DNA of 64,000 bases from Gekko japonicus. Taxonomy: Eukaryota. Of this stretch, positions 1 through 12,006 are shown piece after piece; position 1 is the stretch's first letter; each line of letters opens with the position of its first letter. A model generated the notes under the pieces. The model did no database searches. It was not told where the DNA came from and was given only the letters and a program-made list of their open reading frames with translations. The translations under genes were made by a program, and so were the position numbers. The stretch lies in contig NW_015162488.1 of NCBI RefSeq assembly GCF_001447785.1, positions 646,723 through 710,722 of the forward strand, read 5' to 3'.

Positions 1-153
1 CTTGCGGTTATGCTATTGGGGTTTTAAATTGGATTATTGCTTGTCTGTTTTTAAAAATGTTTATTCTGTTTGAGTTTTGTTGTGAACCACCCTAAGCCTG
101 CTTGAAGGGGAGGGCAGGTTAAAAATATAATAAAATAAATAAATAAATAAATA
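1..153 (+). mobile_element. L2-type LINE/SINE 3' tail remnant
   Basis: TTGTGAACCACCCTAAGCC...GGGGAGGGCAGG followed by (AAAT)n; same tail as the L2 ends near 8060-8125 and 63213-63284. Confidence 0.6.
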
Positions 154-1967
154 ATATTTGATGTTTTTGTTGGCTGTTCAGCATCTTAGGATTTCACTGA
201 ACAGAGAGTAATTGTCATCCAAATGGCAGAAGGAATAAGCTTCACAAACGTGGGCATCTTAACTTGTACATAGTGGATAAACACAAATATCAGAAATGCA
301 TCAGGAGCCATGCCTTTTCCAAACTTGTAACAGTTTTCCCACTGGACTCAGAAAAGTGTAATTCTGTTTAGGATTGCACTGCTATAGTCACTGAACTTAC
401 CCTCATTTTCTGTGTTTCAGATTTTTAAAACATGTTTATGTATCTGTGTCTCTTCACCATTCTACCACTGCATTAGCTTCCTTCATAAGCACAAAGCACC
501 TTGCCAAATGGGTAAATCATAAAATAAGCCTGAAATCATGCAGCAATGATTTAACTGATGTTTTGTCATTTTTTATCTGGCAACATCTTATCACCAGCTC
601 CTTTTAACTTTCTGATACTCCCCTACCACCTTTCTAGCTTATGCAAGAACTTTTGGGGGAGGGAATCACTTCCACTACCACCTCCTCCCTTCTGCACATA
701 ACGGTGGGACGCAGATTTCACATATGAAACAAGAGCTTCATATTGAAAAAAATTAGTATTGCAGGTCCCAATTCACATGATTGCCCCTTCCAATGTATAC
801 CACGTGCCCCTGATATTACAGAAATGTAATGTAAGGGGATGTGGGGCTTCTACTGCTCCACCACACAAAGACAAGCACTACTGCAGATAATATATAAACT
901 CGGCTCAGCTGGAGACACATTGCCTGGTCAATTTCCTTTTCAACCCCATGAAGGAAGAAACTGACCCAATGTGTTGCAAACCAGAGGAAACCTCCCAGCT
1001 CCACATGAGTTCTCTCTTAGTAAGAAATAGAGGAGGAACAAGATGCAGTCCATACCACCCCATCAATTCTTTCTGCCTGCTTTAAGTGTGGATCCTCAAG
1101 GCAGTTAAATACATACATGTGTGGAGGGCGGGGTAGAAATCGCACACATAAATAAATATAAATAATAGTTACCCTTCAATACATTCCATCAGAATGGCTA
1201 TAGAAGACAATTATTTGACTGTTTTAAATTGTGTGCTGAATGGGAAATAATTAGATTACAGTTCATCAACAAAGGCACAATGAAAGAGGTGAAATAAGCA
1301 ACATTACTTTGTACTGTACTGGAAATACTGGAAACTGGATTAATATATGAGGTGTGATTGTATAGGTATGACATTTTAAAGTAATAGCTCAGACAGACGT
1401 GGACGGATGCAGTGAGAGGATGGCAAGCCAGAAACCACAGGGACTGAAGGAAAAATATCTAGTAAGGTAAGCACCCTAGCCATTGTCATCCTGAATTCCT
1501 GTCCTTATTGAGCCTGGTTTTTGTTTTATCTGAGGCATTCCTTTTCTTGATTTAGTCTCAGCGAATTAATGGAGCAGTCATGTCTGCCTGAAAATCACAC
1601 CTCCTTGCATGTTCTGCGGCAGCACTGTGTCTCTAGCGTAAGCCTTCGTGCTGGTGGGACCACAAACATGGGTTCAACTTTTATGATGCGGTTTGTGGGG
1701 CTGCATTTGAGCTGTGACAGCCCTGCTGTACCCACACCAGTGATCCATGTGGTACAACATACTGTTTCACATAGCAACCAACCAGTTGCTTTGGAGAGCC
1801 AACAAACAGGATATACAAACCACATACAAGCTTTCCCCTAATGCTGACTTATAGCACTAGTGAGGTTTGTTGCATCTGTATACAGTTGTTTTCTTTACTC
1901 ACGGTCACAACTAGCAACTGATGGACCTATATGAATCTGCCATAAAACCTGTAAGGGTCCAATTTAC

Positions 1968-2241
1968 AAGAAGAAGAAGAAGAGATTGGATTTATAGCCC
2001 ACCCTTCACTACCCGAATGGCTTACAATCTCCTTTCCCTTCCACTCTCCACAACAGACACCCTGTGAGGTAGGTGGGGCTGAGAGAGCTCTCCCGAGGAC
2101 TGCTCTTAAGAGAACAGCTCTGAGAGAACTTGTGACTGACCCAAGGTCATGCCAACAGCTGCATGTGGAGGAGTGGGGAATCAAACCCGGTTCTCCCAGA
2201 TTAGAGTCCACACTCCTAACCATTATACCAAACTGGCTCTC
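1968..2241 (-). mobile_element. tRNA-derived CORE-SINE (Squam3/Ther1-like)
   Basis: Reverse complement closely matches the copies at 11153 and 24490: tRNA-like head with A/B boxes, CCCACCTACCTCACAGGG core, (CTT)n tail. Confidence 0.85.
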
Positions 2242-3633
2242 AGGAGAGTCCACTAATTTTGGAGTTGCATTTTTTGCTCTGCAGTCTTTGGCCATGGATA
2301 GTGTATTTGAGGGCTCTTCTTGCAAAAAACCACAGACTGTTATACTTTGCAGCTACATTTTCAAAGCAGAGAGGTGATAATAATATATGACAATATGCAG
2401 TCTGTGCATGGGAATGTCAGATGTGACTAAATGGTGTGGGGGTCATACATCTATAGGGTTCACACCTAGGACCTACATTTTTGTGTCTTAAGCAGCAGGA
2501 GCCATGATTTATTCTTTCTGAGCCAAGATGGCCAAGATGTGAGTTGTGACTTGTGTCGGGATTTGGGGTGATTGGCTGTGAATAATCCACTCTCTTCCTT
2601 TGTTTTTATTGATCAAAACAGTGAAAAGATAGGAAGAGAGAACAATCTTCTTTTTAAAAAAATACAAGTCACACATTTTTAAATTTGTATCTACCATTAC
2701 AGGCAGTAGACACTTTTAAATGACACAAAGCACAAAAAGTGAGCAGATCATGCCCCCTATACTACGTGTAAATGTTAGTACCACCCAAGTTTTCTTGAGA
2801 ACAGGCCAATGTTAATTATGAGAGGCCTTGGGCAATACACTCTTCAAGGGCATCACCATAATCCTATAAAAGGTATTTCAGAACCAAGAAATTCTTCACA
2901 TCTCATGGAAAATTTGCATCTTACTTATTATACTAATAAGTTTCATTAGACAATCCCCCCTCCCAGCAATTTCTTAGGATATATTCAACTCCTTTTAATA
3001 CAACTTCTATTTACAAAATATTAAATCTATACTGTGTGCCTTCATGTTAATAATAACCCTATTATAATCCCCCCCCCTTCCAGCCTCCCATGAAAGGCCT
3101 TCCATCAATCCTATCTTCCTCCCAGGCGCCTTTTCTCCAACACCAGACTTTTCCACATCTCCCCCCACCCCCATCATTTACCCCACACCGACCAATCTCC
3201 CCTCCTGTCCCGCCCCTTTCTACAGAGACGATCCCATTCTTCTACCTCCTCCCCACCCAAAGATGGGAAAGGAGGGCGGCTCTCTAGTGGCTTCAGACGA
3301 GATGTGTCCCCATTTCCCTCATCTTACAGCTCCGGACAGCGCAGTGCTCCGTCCCCACAAAGGCCAGGGCCGGACCCCGATCTGTTCCGCGCTCCCCCTC
3401 GAGCCTCCGCGACGGCGCGGGGCAGACTCGGTGGAGCCGCCTGTCAGCCAGACACACAGAAAGGAGGGGCTTGTTTCCCTCTCTCAGGCTGGGCAGGGAG
3501 GGCGGGACTTAGCCCTCTTAGCAACAGCACCACCAATCAAGACACAGATAAGAGCTAGAAACCCAGTAACAGAAGCGAAGAGCGAACGTCGTTCTCTATA
3601 GCTTCTCACGTACAGAGTGACGGCGCTTCTCAC

Positions 3634-3850
3634 CATTCAGTGAGGAGAAAGCGAGGAAGCCCTCCGCACGTTGAAAGCCTCCCCACAAGAAGGAGGCGGA
3701 GATGTTTACTTTGAAGGATGAAATATGGACCCAATCGCAGAGAGCGGAGGTGGGGCTTGGAGGCCTTGACTGATCGGACCTCCAGCCAAGCAGAAAGTGG
3801 GACTGAAAGTTTAGCGACGAATGGAAATAAACTGGCTCCAATCAGATGTC
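3634..3850 (-). other. Candidate non-coding first exon of the divergent gene (likely CGGBP1 by synteny); TSS side approximate
   Basis: Plus-strand TTCTCAC|CAT reads ATG|GTGAGAA on the minus strand; CGGBP1 is head-to-head with ZNF654 in human; no CGGBP1 coding sequence is visible in the window. Confidence 0.4.
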
Positions 3851-4056
3851 GGAGAATCCGCACAGCGCCGGAATGAAGGGGACGGAGATCAGGGGTTGCG
3901 GGCCCGCCAGCTGATTGACAAACCAGCCTGCCAGTGACAACGTTCAGTGGGGGGTGGTGCCGGAACTGAGGAACTTGGCTGTGGAGGCGGGTTATCCGGT
4001 GAGTCGGGCGGGGGGAGCGAGCTGGAGCTCGGTACGCGCAGGGCGGCCGGAGCAGC

Positions 4057-4188
4057 ATGGCGGAAGACGAGAGCGATCAGGAGTCGGAGAGGCTCGGCGA
4101 GGAACTCGAGGCCATTGGTGGGCCGCGCCTTCCCCCCGGCCTGTCTCCCGCACTGAGCAGCCAGTATTACTGCTACCGCTTCTGCCAG
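4057..4188 (+). CDS. ZNF654: Zinc finger protein 654, coding exon 1
   Basis: MAEDESDQESERLGEEL...YCYRFCQ resembles the ZNF654 N-terminus; Kozak agcATGg; donor CAG|GTGAGC; 132 nt, phase 0. Confidence 0.93.
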
Positions 4189-4713
4189 GTGAGCGGCTGG
4201 CCCCGCCCCCTCTTGCTTGACACCTCTCGAGTGGGGGGGGGAGAGAGAAAGCTGCCGGCGAATCTTCTGGAGGTGGAACGTCTCGTCTGTGGTGGTGGTG
4301 GGGGGGGGACATGGGCCACTCCTCGGGGACGTGGGCCAGCAGCCGCGGGTGGGGGAAGAGCGAGTGAGGCGGCTGTGGGGAGAGGGGCAGAAATCCGCGG
4401 AAGTGTCACTCCAGCTCCTTCTTGGCTGCGTGGGTCTTTTATTCAGCTTCGCCTCCTCCCTCGCTGCTGCCTGGGGTGGGGCAGAGACTTCAGGTAAAAC
4501 TCGCCTACAGAGGGGGGGGGGAATGGATGTTCCCCCTCCCATTTCCCTCATTGGGTTTGCTTCTTTCCTTTAGCCGTCTTCGGGTATGACCTCAGGTGGG
4601 GGACGGGACGGGGAAGACTTTCCTACACTCCCTTTTTCCTGGCCAGCTGTATAGGCTCGTGGTGGGGGGGAGAGGCTGGGGCTGGGAGTTGGGAATGGAG
4701 ATAGGCCAGGCCT

Positions 4714-4749
4714 NNNNNNNNNNNNNNNNNNNNNNNNNNNNNNNNNNNN
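4714..4749. other. Assembly gap
   Basis: Run of N. Confidence 1.
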
Positions 4750-5157
4750 GGGGTCCAAGAGAGGAAAGTGAGCCGTGGCCCCGATGTCGCGTTCGCCCAG
4801 CGACAAGCTGGCTCTGCGTCTGGTTATGATGAAGTTCCCAGCTGAGACGCTGAATTGTCAGAAGCCGACAAGGGGAAGTTTGGGTGGAGCGCTGAGTCGG
4901 AGGGGAGGAAACTTGGCTGGCAGGCCCTGTTCTGTTCACAAGTGGTGACTTCTTGGTGCTGCCACTTGCGGAAGGAGGCCCGGTGTTATGCGACGCTAGT
5001 AGACTAAGCCTAGGCATGTCTACTCAGAAGTAAGTCCCGCTTACTAAGATTCGCTGAACTGAAAATCTGCGAGAAAACCGCAAGTTGTTGTTTTATTTGT
5101 GCATGCATCTTAACGCTTAGTAGAGATGGCAGAGATAGCCGTGCTGAACTACCTTAG

Positions 5158-5290
5158 ATTAAAGGTAGTAAAGCCGGTCGAATCCGACTCTATGGTTGCG
5201 GTGCTCATCTTCGTTTCCAAGCTGAAGAGCCAGTGCTGTCCGAAGACAATTCCATGGTCATGTGGCCGGCATGACTTAACGCCAAGGCGA
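5158..5290 (-). mobile_element. Sauria SINE fragment
   Basis: AAAGGT...TCCGACTCT..GGTGCTCATCT...GGTCATGTGGCCGGCATGACT resembles the Sauria SINE 3' part; 56/62 identical to the reverse complement of 55139-55200. Confidence 0.65.
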
Positions 5291-5834
5291 TTAGGGAGAT
5301 ACAATATGCAAAGTATTGTAGACATACTAAAGGTGCTAAATAGTTGTTTCATAGCTTGCCTTGTTGTAATTCAATTTAAATTGACTAACTGCTAGCCTAA
5401 ATTCAGTGTTCTGTGCAAAGCTTCGCTTTTCAGTTTTTTGTTTTTGTTTTTTGTTGTACAAATTGCATCCTTTTATTCTTATTCAGATGTTCTTTCATAT
5501 AAAGGACCCCAGAATAAGTCTTTACTTTTATACTGACAATTCATTAAATTCTGTCATTTTGTTGAGTTTCTGATTTGCAGGCGGATGGGTATATATTTTA
5601 AAAAACTCTCTAATCTTGTAGTTTGTAGGAAGCTTTGGTGGTAAAATAGTGGGAGGATCATATACAGGTTTATGGTGTTCACATTGTTGGTGTGTGTCTC
5701 TTCAGGATGTAGTAGTAGAAATCTGCAAGTGTGAAAAAGTTATGATAAAAATTTAAGACATTTGCAGACGTTTAGCTTATATTATAGCTGGAGGTTTTTT
5801 CCAATGCTTTTGTAATCCCCCCTCAGTATCCTAT

Positions 5835-8125
5835 GGAACTTAGGGGGTGAAGCAGGAACTAAGACAACTAGAGTGAGTTTGGCAGCGCACTTGTGATGAA
5901 GCTACAGAAACGTCTTATAGAACGCCTATGAAATTCTATGAGGTGGTGGTGAAGGCTGCAGAAAAGGAATTTTATTCAACCTCCATCACTTCTGAGAGCT
6001 CTCACCCAGCATAATTGTTTAGGGTAATTAGGTCCTTAGCTTCTCTTATGGAGAGACCCCAAAATTTACTAATTTAATCATTAGCTATGAGGCTTTTGTG
6101 GGCTTTTTTGCAGTTAAAGTTTTGTTGCTTTGACACGACCTCCCAGCCAATGTTGATACAGTATAGCGAACTGGAGGCCACTTGGCCATCTTTGGATTCA
6201 GTGTTCGACAGCTTCAGCCAGCTCACGTGGGCTGATGTCAACAGGATCTTGGGTGCTGTTAGGCCAACCACATGCCTCTTAGACCTGTGTCCCTCATGGG
6301 TGGTGAAAGCTGGTGGCAAGGGAATATGCCCCCCGCCCCGGTAGACATCATCAACCTGTCCCTGGATTCAGGGGTCTACCTGGAGGGGTTAAAAGAGGCA
6401 GTGGTGGTACTACTCTTGAAGAAGCTCTCTTTGGATCCTTTAGATCCTTCCAGTTGTCACCAAGTCTTCAATTTATCATTGCTGGGAAGGTAATTCAGAG
6501 AGTGGTAGTGAAGCATCTGCACTTGACCCATTCCAGTCCAGCTTTTGCCTTAGCCATAGGATGGAGACGGCACTGATCACCCTCATGGACGACCTCTGCA
6601 GACAGCTGGACTGAGCTGGGTCAGTGCCTCTGTTATTGCTTGATCTTACACCAGCATTTGACATGGTTGATCATGACCTTTTGACCCACCGCCTCACTGA
6701 TGTAGAAGTTTATGGGGTAGTCTTGAAGTGGCTTACCTCATTTCTCAAAGGTCAAGGTAAGCATTAGGAGAGAGAGTGTCAACTAGATATCCCTTAATAT
6801 GTGGGGTCCCTCAGGGGGCAGAACAAGACGAGAAGAAGAGATTGAATTTATATCCCATCTTCTCAGAGTGGCTTACAAACTCCTTTCCCTTCCCCTCCCC
6901 ACAACAGACACCCTGTAAGGTAGGTGGGGCTGAGAGAGCTCTTTTGAGAACTGCTCTTTCAAGAACAGCTGTGCCAGAACTATGGCTTGCCCAAAGTCAT
7001 CCAGCAGCTGCAGGTGGAGGAGTGGGGACTCAAACCCGGTTCTCCCAGATTAGAGTCCAAACACTTAACCACTACACCAAACTGGCAGTCCTTTCTCTGA
7101 TGTTGTTTAACATCTATATGTGCCCCCTCACCCAGCTGGTGCTGAGTTTTGGGCTAGGGTGTCACCAGTATGCTGATGGCACCCAGCTGTATCTCCTGAT
7201 GGGTGACTGCCTGGATACCGCCCCTCAAAATCTGGCTGATGGGTTGGAGGCCATGGTGGGATGGCTGAAAAAAAGCCTGAATCAGAGGTTCTGTGGCTGG
7301 GTAGGGGGATTCAGAGTTTGGGTGCCAACTCCCTATTCTTGACAGTATGCCTTAACTTGACAGTGTGGGTGTGGTTCTGGATGCCTCCGTATCAATGGAG
7401 GCCCAGATCACAAATTTTGCCAAGTTGACAGTTTTCCATCTACGCCAGGTGAGGCAACTGGCCCCCTTCCTGTCTCACCCCGACCTAGGCACAGTAATCC
7501 ATGCAGGTCACCTCCAGATTGGACTACTGTAACTCACTCTATGCTGGCCTATCCTTGAGACTGACCCGGAAGCTCCAGCTAGTCCAGAATGTGGCAGCAC
7601 AGGTCCTGACTGCAACATCACAGACTGTGTATGTTTAACCTGTGCTGTGTCAGCTCTGGTATGTCCCCCAGAGAGCATTAAGCTCTGCAGAGAACAATCT
7701 ACTGGTGATCCCCAGCCCGAAAGACATCCGGCTGTCCTCAGCCAGAGCTAGGGCATTTTCTGCCCTGTTTCCTACCTGGTGGAACTCTCTGCCAAATAAC
7801 ATCTGTGCCTTGTGGGACCTAATGCAATTCCACAGGGCTTGCAAGACAGAGATGTTCTGCCAGGCTTTTAATTGAGGACAGTGATGGGTACCATCTTTCT
7901 GGTACTCTCTTTTCCTTCCCTCCCCATTTCCTGCTTCTTCCCTACCTTCCCTACAAGGTAGTAGCAATAATTGAAATAATGTGCCATCTGAGATTGTTTT
8001 AGGTATTTATTACTATTTATGTATTGTTTTATATTAATGTTTTTGTCTTTTGATGTGTACCCTCTGAGACCTGGGTACACAGGGGGTGAGCGGTTTATAA
8101 ATTCAAATAATAAATAAATAATAAA
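5835..8125 (+). mobile_element. 5'-truncated decayed L2 LINE (RT region plus 3' tail), interrupted by a SINE
   Basis: TTCLLDLCPSW, LKEAVV..LLKK.SLDP, GVPQG/AVLSLMLFNIYM, HQYADGTQLY, ARAFSA..PTWWNSLP, FHRACKTEMFCQAF; (AATA)n tail. Confidence 0.9.
6822..7086 (-). mobile_element. Squam3-like SINE nested in L2
   Basis: Splits the L2 GVPQG/AVLS motif; GGCAG on both sides (6817-6821 and 7084-7088). Confidence 0.85.
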
Positions 8126-8417
8126 GAACTTAAGGCCATTTCATAATATTTTGACTTTCACATTTTAAAACGCAAGAAGTAGTTTTTGTGGTCCATAAAA
8201 TTTGCTCATGACAACATATTTTTCCTCAAGAAAAATGTTCTGTTAATTGAAACAGAGGAATTCAACCACTACAACTGTGTGTGACTGAGTTTTAGCTTAT
8301 TGGATTTCCAAAGTGCTTCCACCATTTTTTTAAACTGCCAGTACCTGCAACTAGACTGTGTGTTTCACCAAAGTGAAATGATTTAACGGAATAATAACAG
8401 AGCAAGTTAACTTCTTC

Positions 8418-10203
8418 TTTTTTAAAAAATCCCTGTAGGGATATTCTTTATTTTGCATATACTACAAACTACAAAGAAATATAGGGGAGGGACTACAACT
8501 AGGGATAAATAAAATCAAACCACACTAGACTAAAACCCCAAGAGAAGGAGATCTTTTCACTGTTACTAAATATGTTAGTACCATTAGTTTTATTATCACA
8601 ATATACTTGTTGAGTTCTTGCTTATAACAATTCGCTTCTTGTATGTTATTTTGTTAGTTGTTATGAGAGAAGTCTCTGATCATCTTCTTATTCTTTGCTT
8701 CAAAAGGCCATTTTCCAAGTCCTTCTGCCTTTACTTCGGCTTTCTGTCTCTAAAATCGTATACCACTCTGGCAGGTCCTGCACCCTTTTCTGCCGCAGAA
8801 TCCTCTTCCGTTCCCAAGGTAGCAGAGTCACTCGACTTCGATTCTCCCTCTCTAGACTCATCATCTGTCCCCAGCTGACGTTTCAAAAATTCTTTAACTT
8901 TAAAAGTGGAGTCTATCTTCTCCCTTCTATTGTTGATCTTAAAGATGACACATTCCGGAACCGCCCATCTGTACGATATCTATTAGTTTGAAGAAAATAA
9001 TTAATTCCTTGTAATTTTTCCTCTTTTGTCTAATTTCAAATGGAAAGTCCTTTAAAGTTTTAATGGCTACATTTCCCATTTTCAGTGGAGTTGCTGATGT
9101 TGCTTTTAAAATGGCATCTCTGGTTTGTCTTCTTGAAAACTTGACCACTATTTCTCCAGGTAGGCTATTTTTTTAATATAGTTGGAGTAAGCCCTATAGG
9201 CTGTCTCCATTTCGTTTACCAGTTCATCCGCTGTTAAGCCTACTACTGGAGCGATGATCTCACTGAGCACCCTCTTCAAGTCTTCCCGATCTGTTTCAGG
9301 AACCCCCTGAAACCTGAGAATCATGTTAGCTTTTTCCATCTGAAGCTGCAAGGCTCGATTCTCTTGGCAATTCTGCTTCATTTCCACCTCTCCCATCCTT
9401 TTCTTCAACTTCTTACTTGTGGTGTCAATCTCTTTAATTTTCTCATTTGCCTACTCCACTTTTTTCTCCGTCTCGTTCAGCTGAAGCTGCTGAGCCGCAA
9501 AGTTTTTATTCATCACAGTCAATTGCTGGTTAATACCATCGAGTTGTTCCATCACCGGCTTGAGCATATCCGCCAGGAGTTTGAGGACATCTTCTCCCTC
9601 TTACGGTCTCGGAGTCTGCCCGCCCAGCTTCGTTTTAAACTTTCTCTGCTGGGTCGCCATCTTTCCTGTTTTGTTTACAGTTTCTGCCGCTTCCCCACAA
9701 CTCGGAAAACTCGCCAAATGACTTAGCAATTCAGATAAGTCTCTCAAAACAGTTTTGGTTTACTTCCTCCCCTCTCCCTCTTCGTGTCTTAACCGCTCAT
9801 TCACAAAAGAGGCATCCCTCTTTGCAATCTCTGTTTCCAATCGCGCGGGGGAAATCGCTTTTCAAACTCACGTTCAGAACTCACGTTCATTGTTGGCAAG
9901 TTTATCTGATCACGCTCGGTTTTACACCATTCCGCTCGATCTCTGGTGCTTGTCTCGGTCAGTCCAGCTTATGCCCAATGGCCACTCAGCGACTGGACCG
10001 TCGGGGCGGAGGGGAGCCTCAATTCTCCGGCATTACACCATCGAAGAGGCTACCCCTCAAAAGCCCCCTGGCCTGGAGCCTATCGCAAAGGCTCCGTGGG
10101 GGGTGTCACTTGGGGTGGCACCCCTCCAAGCCGCTGGTGTGCGATTTGCCCTCCTCCGTGTGAGGAGAGCGTCCGCCATCGCTGTTCCATCGACTGGAAG
10201 TCC
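8418..10203 (-). mobile_element. ORF1-only L1-like element (HAL1-like), with both ends and a TSD
   Basis: 17-bp TSD AGCAAGTTAACTTCTTC (8401-8417 and 10204-10220); 5' end GGACTTCC as in the L1 at 46671; CpG-rich 5' UTR; AATAAA at 8452-8447 then a short A tail; no ORF2 motifs. Confidence 0.85.
8731..9660 (-). pseudogene. Disrupted L1 ORF1p (coiled coil, RRM, CTD; Transposase_22-like)
   Basis: ATG at 9660; heptad-rich N-terminal half; ILRFQGVPE, VKFSRRQTRDAIL, LKDFPFEIRQKRK; internal stops and frameshifts; TAA at 8733-8731. Confidence 0.8.
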
Positions 10204-11152
10204 AGCAAGTTAACTTCTTCATGAATTGTTTCCCTGCCGTTGATGAGGTCCTAGATTCAAGGACACTGTAAAAGTCATCCTTTCTTCACTAAAATTGTGT
10301 TGGACAGTGTTGGGTATTGGTTGGGGGGGGGGAAAATCTGCATGCTGAAGGTTATAATAGAAGTGTACACATACTTGGAAGTATGCTTCATTGAAAACAA
10401 TCACAAGTAGGTAGGATCAGGATGAAAAATCGCTTAATCTACTTTTCTGATTTACGTATTTCTATTTTGTGTCTCTCCTTTTGCTCAGTTATTCTTCTGC
10501 ACTCGGCTTGTTTTGCCTTGAAGAAAAAGAAAATCTATGGATAGGCTTCTGTATAGAACATATTATTGAATGCTTAGTTTGGACAGTTTTGCACTTGTTT
10601 TTTGCAGTTGTATATATACATTTATGAATATTTTCATAGCTAGTATGTAATTTGAAAATGAACTACAGAGATGCAGAATGGGGGAAATGACTTGCTAAAT
10701 TTCATCAATCTGAGATATAGGATGAAGAGAGAGATAATTGTATGTATTCATTGTTAAGTAGTACTTGTATAAGTGTATGCTTAACATTGAAAAAGTGTGT
10801 GGTTACGAAAAGTCTGGGAGGAGTGCCTTATGCAGAAAAGGGGGGGAAAAACAATTTCTAAACAGTGGATGTCTTAAACCAGAAGAGGTCAAGGGAATGA
10901 GTGCACCAGGAAGCATGATTGAAATAGAACTAAGAAAGTCATGCTGTGTCCATGGCTATAATTCCTTTCTCCTGTGACCTGTAGTGAGTGTAGGAGCTTT
11001 GATTTAATTGGACAATCATGTACTCATCTAGTTTCAGGTTTTGCAATTGGATGTGAAGTAGTGTTTATAGGTTGCTAATATTCACTGATAACCCCCTGTA
11101 GGACAGGGCTAAATTTGTAGACTAGGGAAGTATTGCAAATCTCCATTAACTT

Positions 11153-11435
11153 CAGTTTGGTGTAGTGGTTAAGTGTGTGGACTCTAATCTGGGAGAACCG
11201 GGTTTGATTCCCCACTCCTCCACTTGCACCTGCTGATGTGACCTTGGGTTAGTCACAAGCTCTGGCACAGCTGTCCTTGAGAAAGAGCAGTTTGTGTCAG
11301 AGTTCTCTCAGCCCCACCCACCTCACTGGGTGTCTATTGTGGTGAGGGGAAGGGAAAGGATTTTGTAAGCCGCTCTGAGACACCTTTGGGTAGTGAAGGG
11401 CGGGGTATAAATCCAATCTCTTCTTCTTCTTCTTC
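11153..11435 (+). mobile_element. Squam3-like SINE, full length
   Basis: CAGTTTGGTGTAGTGGTTAAG head, GGTTTGATTCCC B box, core, (TTC)n tail. Confidence 0.88.
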
Positions 11436-12006
11436 ATATTCCCTGAATTCTGAAATTACCTTTGAGAGAAGACTGAAACAGAACACCTTCATTTATTAAT
11501 ATCTCAGGACGTCAACTACTTTTTCTTGGTTGGTGTTGATTGTTTTCCAGTTTTTTTGAAAGTAATATTTTAGCAGGTATCAGGATGTTTAAAACTTTTT
11601 TGGTGTCTGCCTAGTGCTCAGTTCTTTACATAATTTAGAAGACAAGTCAAAGCATTTGAATGGTTATCTGAAAGCAAGAATATCTTCAGTTGCTAATCAC
11701 ATTTCAGTATTTTATGGCTTTTGATGTACAACGCCTTTTCTGGCTTTGTTATGAAAGAAGCATTTACCATTCTTAAACTGTAATTCTTATACAATTTATC
11801 TAAAATGGTATACCATTGCAGTTATATTTTACCCAGAAGTTGAAATCTTTTAAAATTCACTAGTTCTTTTGGAAGTAGAATGCTGTAACCTTTCTTTTAT
11901 AACGTAACTAGCAGTAAAGCCCGTTGTGGAAATAAATACAACGGGATCTAGAAAGAGGCTCTGGGGGAGTGCTCTGGCTTTGGGCAAACAGTGTCATTTT
12001 GCTGTG

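Larger units (their letters stand above)
3270..5090. promoter_or_regulatory. CpG island; promoter of ZNF654, probably bidirectional (shared with CGGBP1)
   Basis: Abrupt rise in GC and CpG around exon 1; CCAAT boxes at 3533, 3731 and 3838; GC boxes; minus-strand donor ATG|GTGAGA at 3634/3633. Confidence 0.8.

Noticed and set aside
1-3600. CGGBP1 coding sequence
   Set aside because: No minus-strand ORF resembles the CGGBP1 BED-type zinc finger protein; the CDS is presumably left of the window
3263-5017. Many overlapping 70-220-aa ORFs on both strands
   Set aside because: Expected from stop-codon scarcity in a CpG island; low-complexity Pro/Arg/Gly translations; only 4057-4188 has homology and splice support
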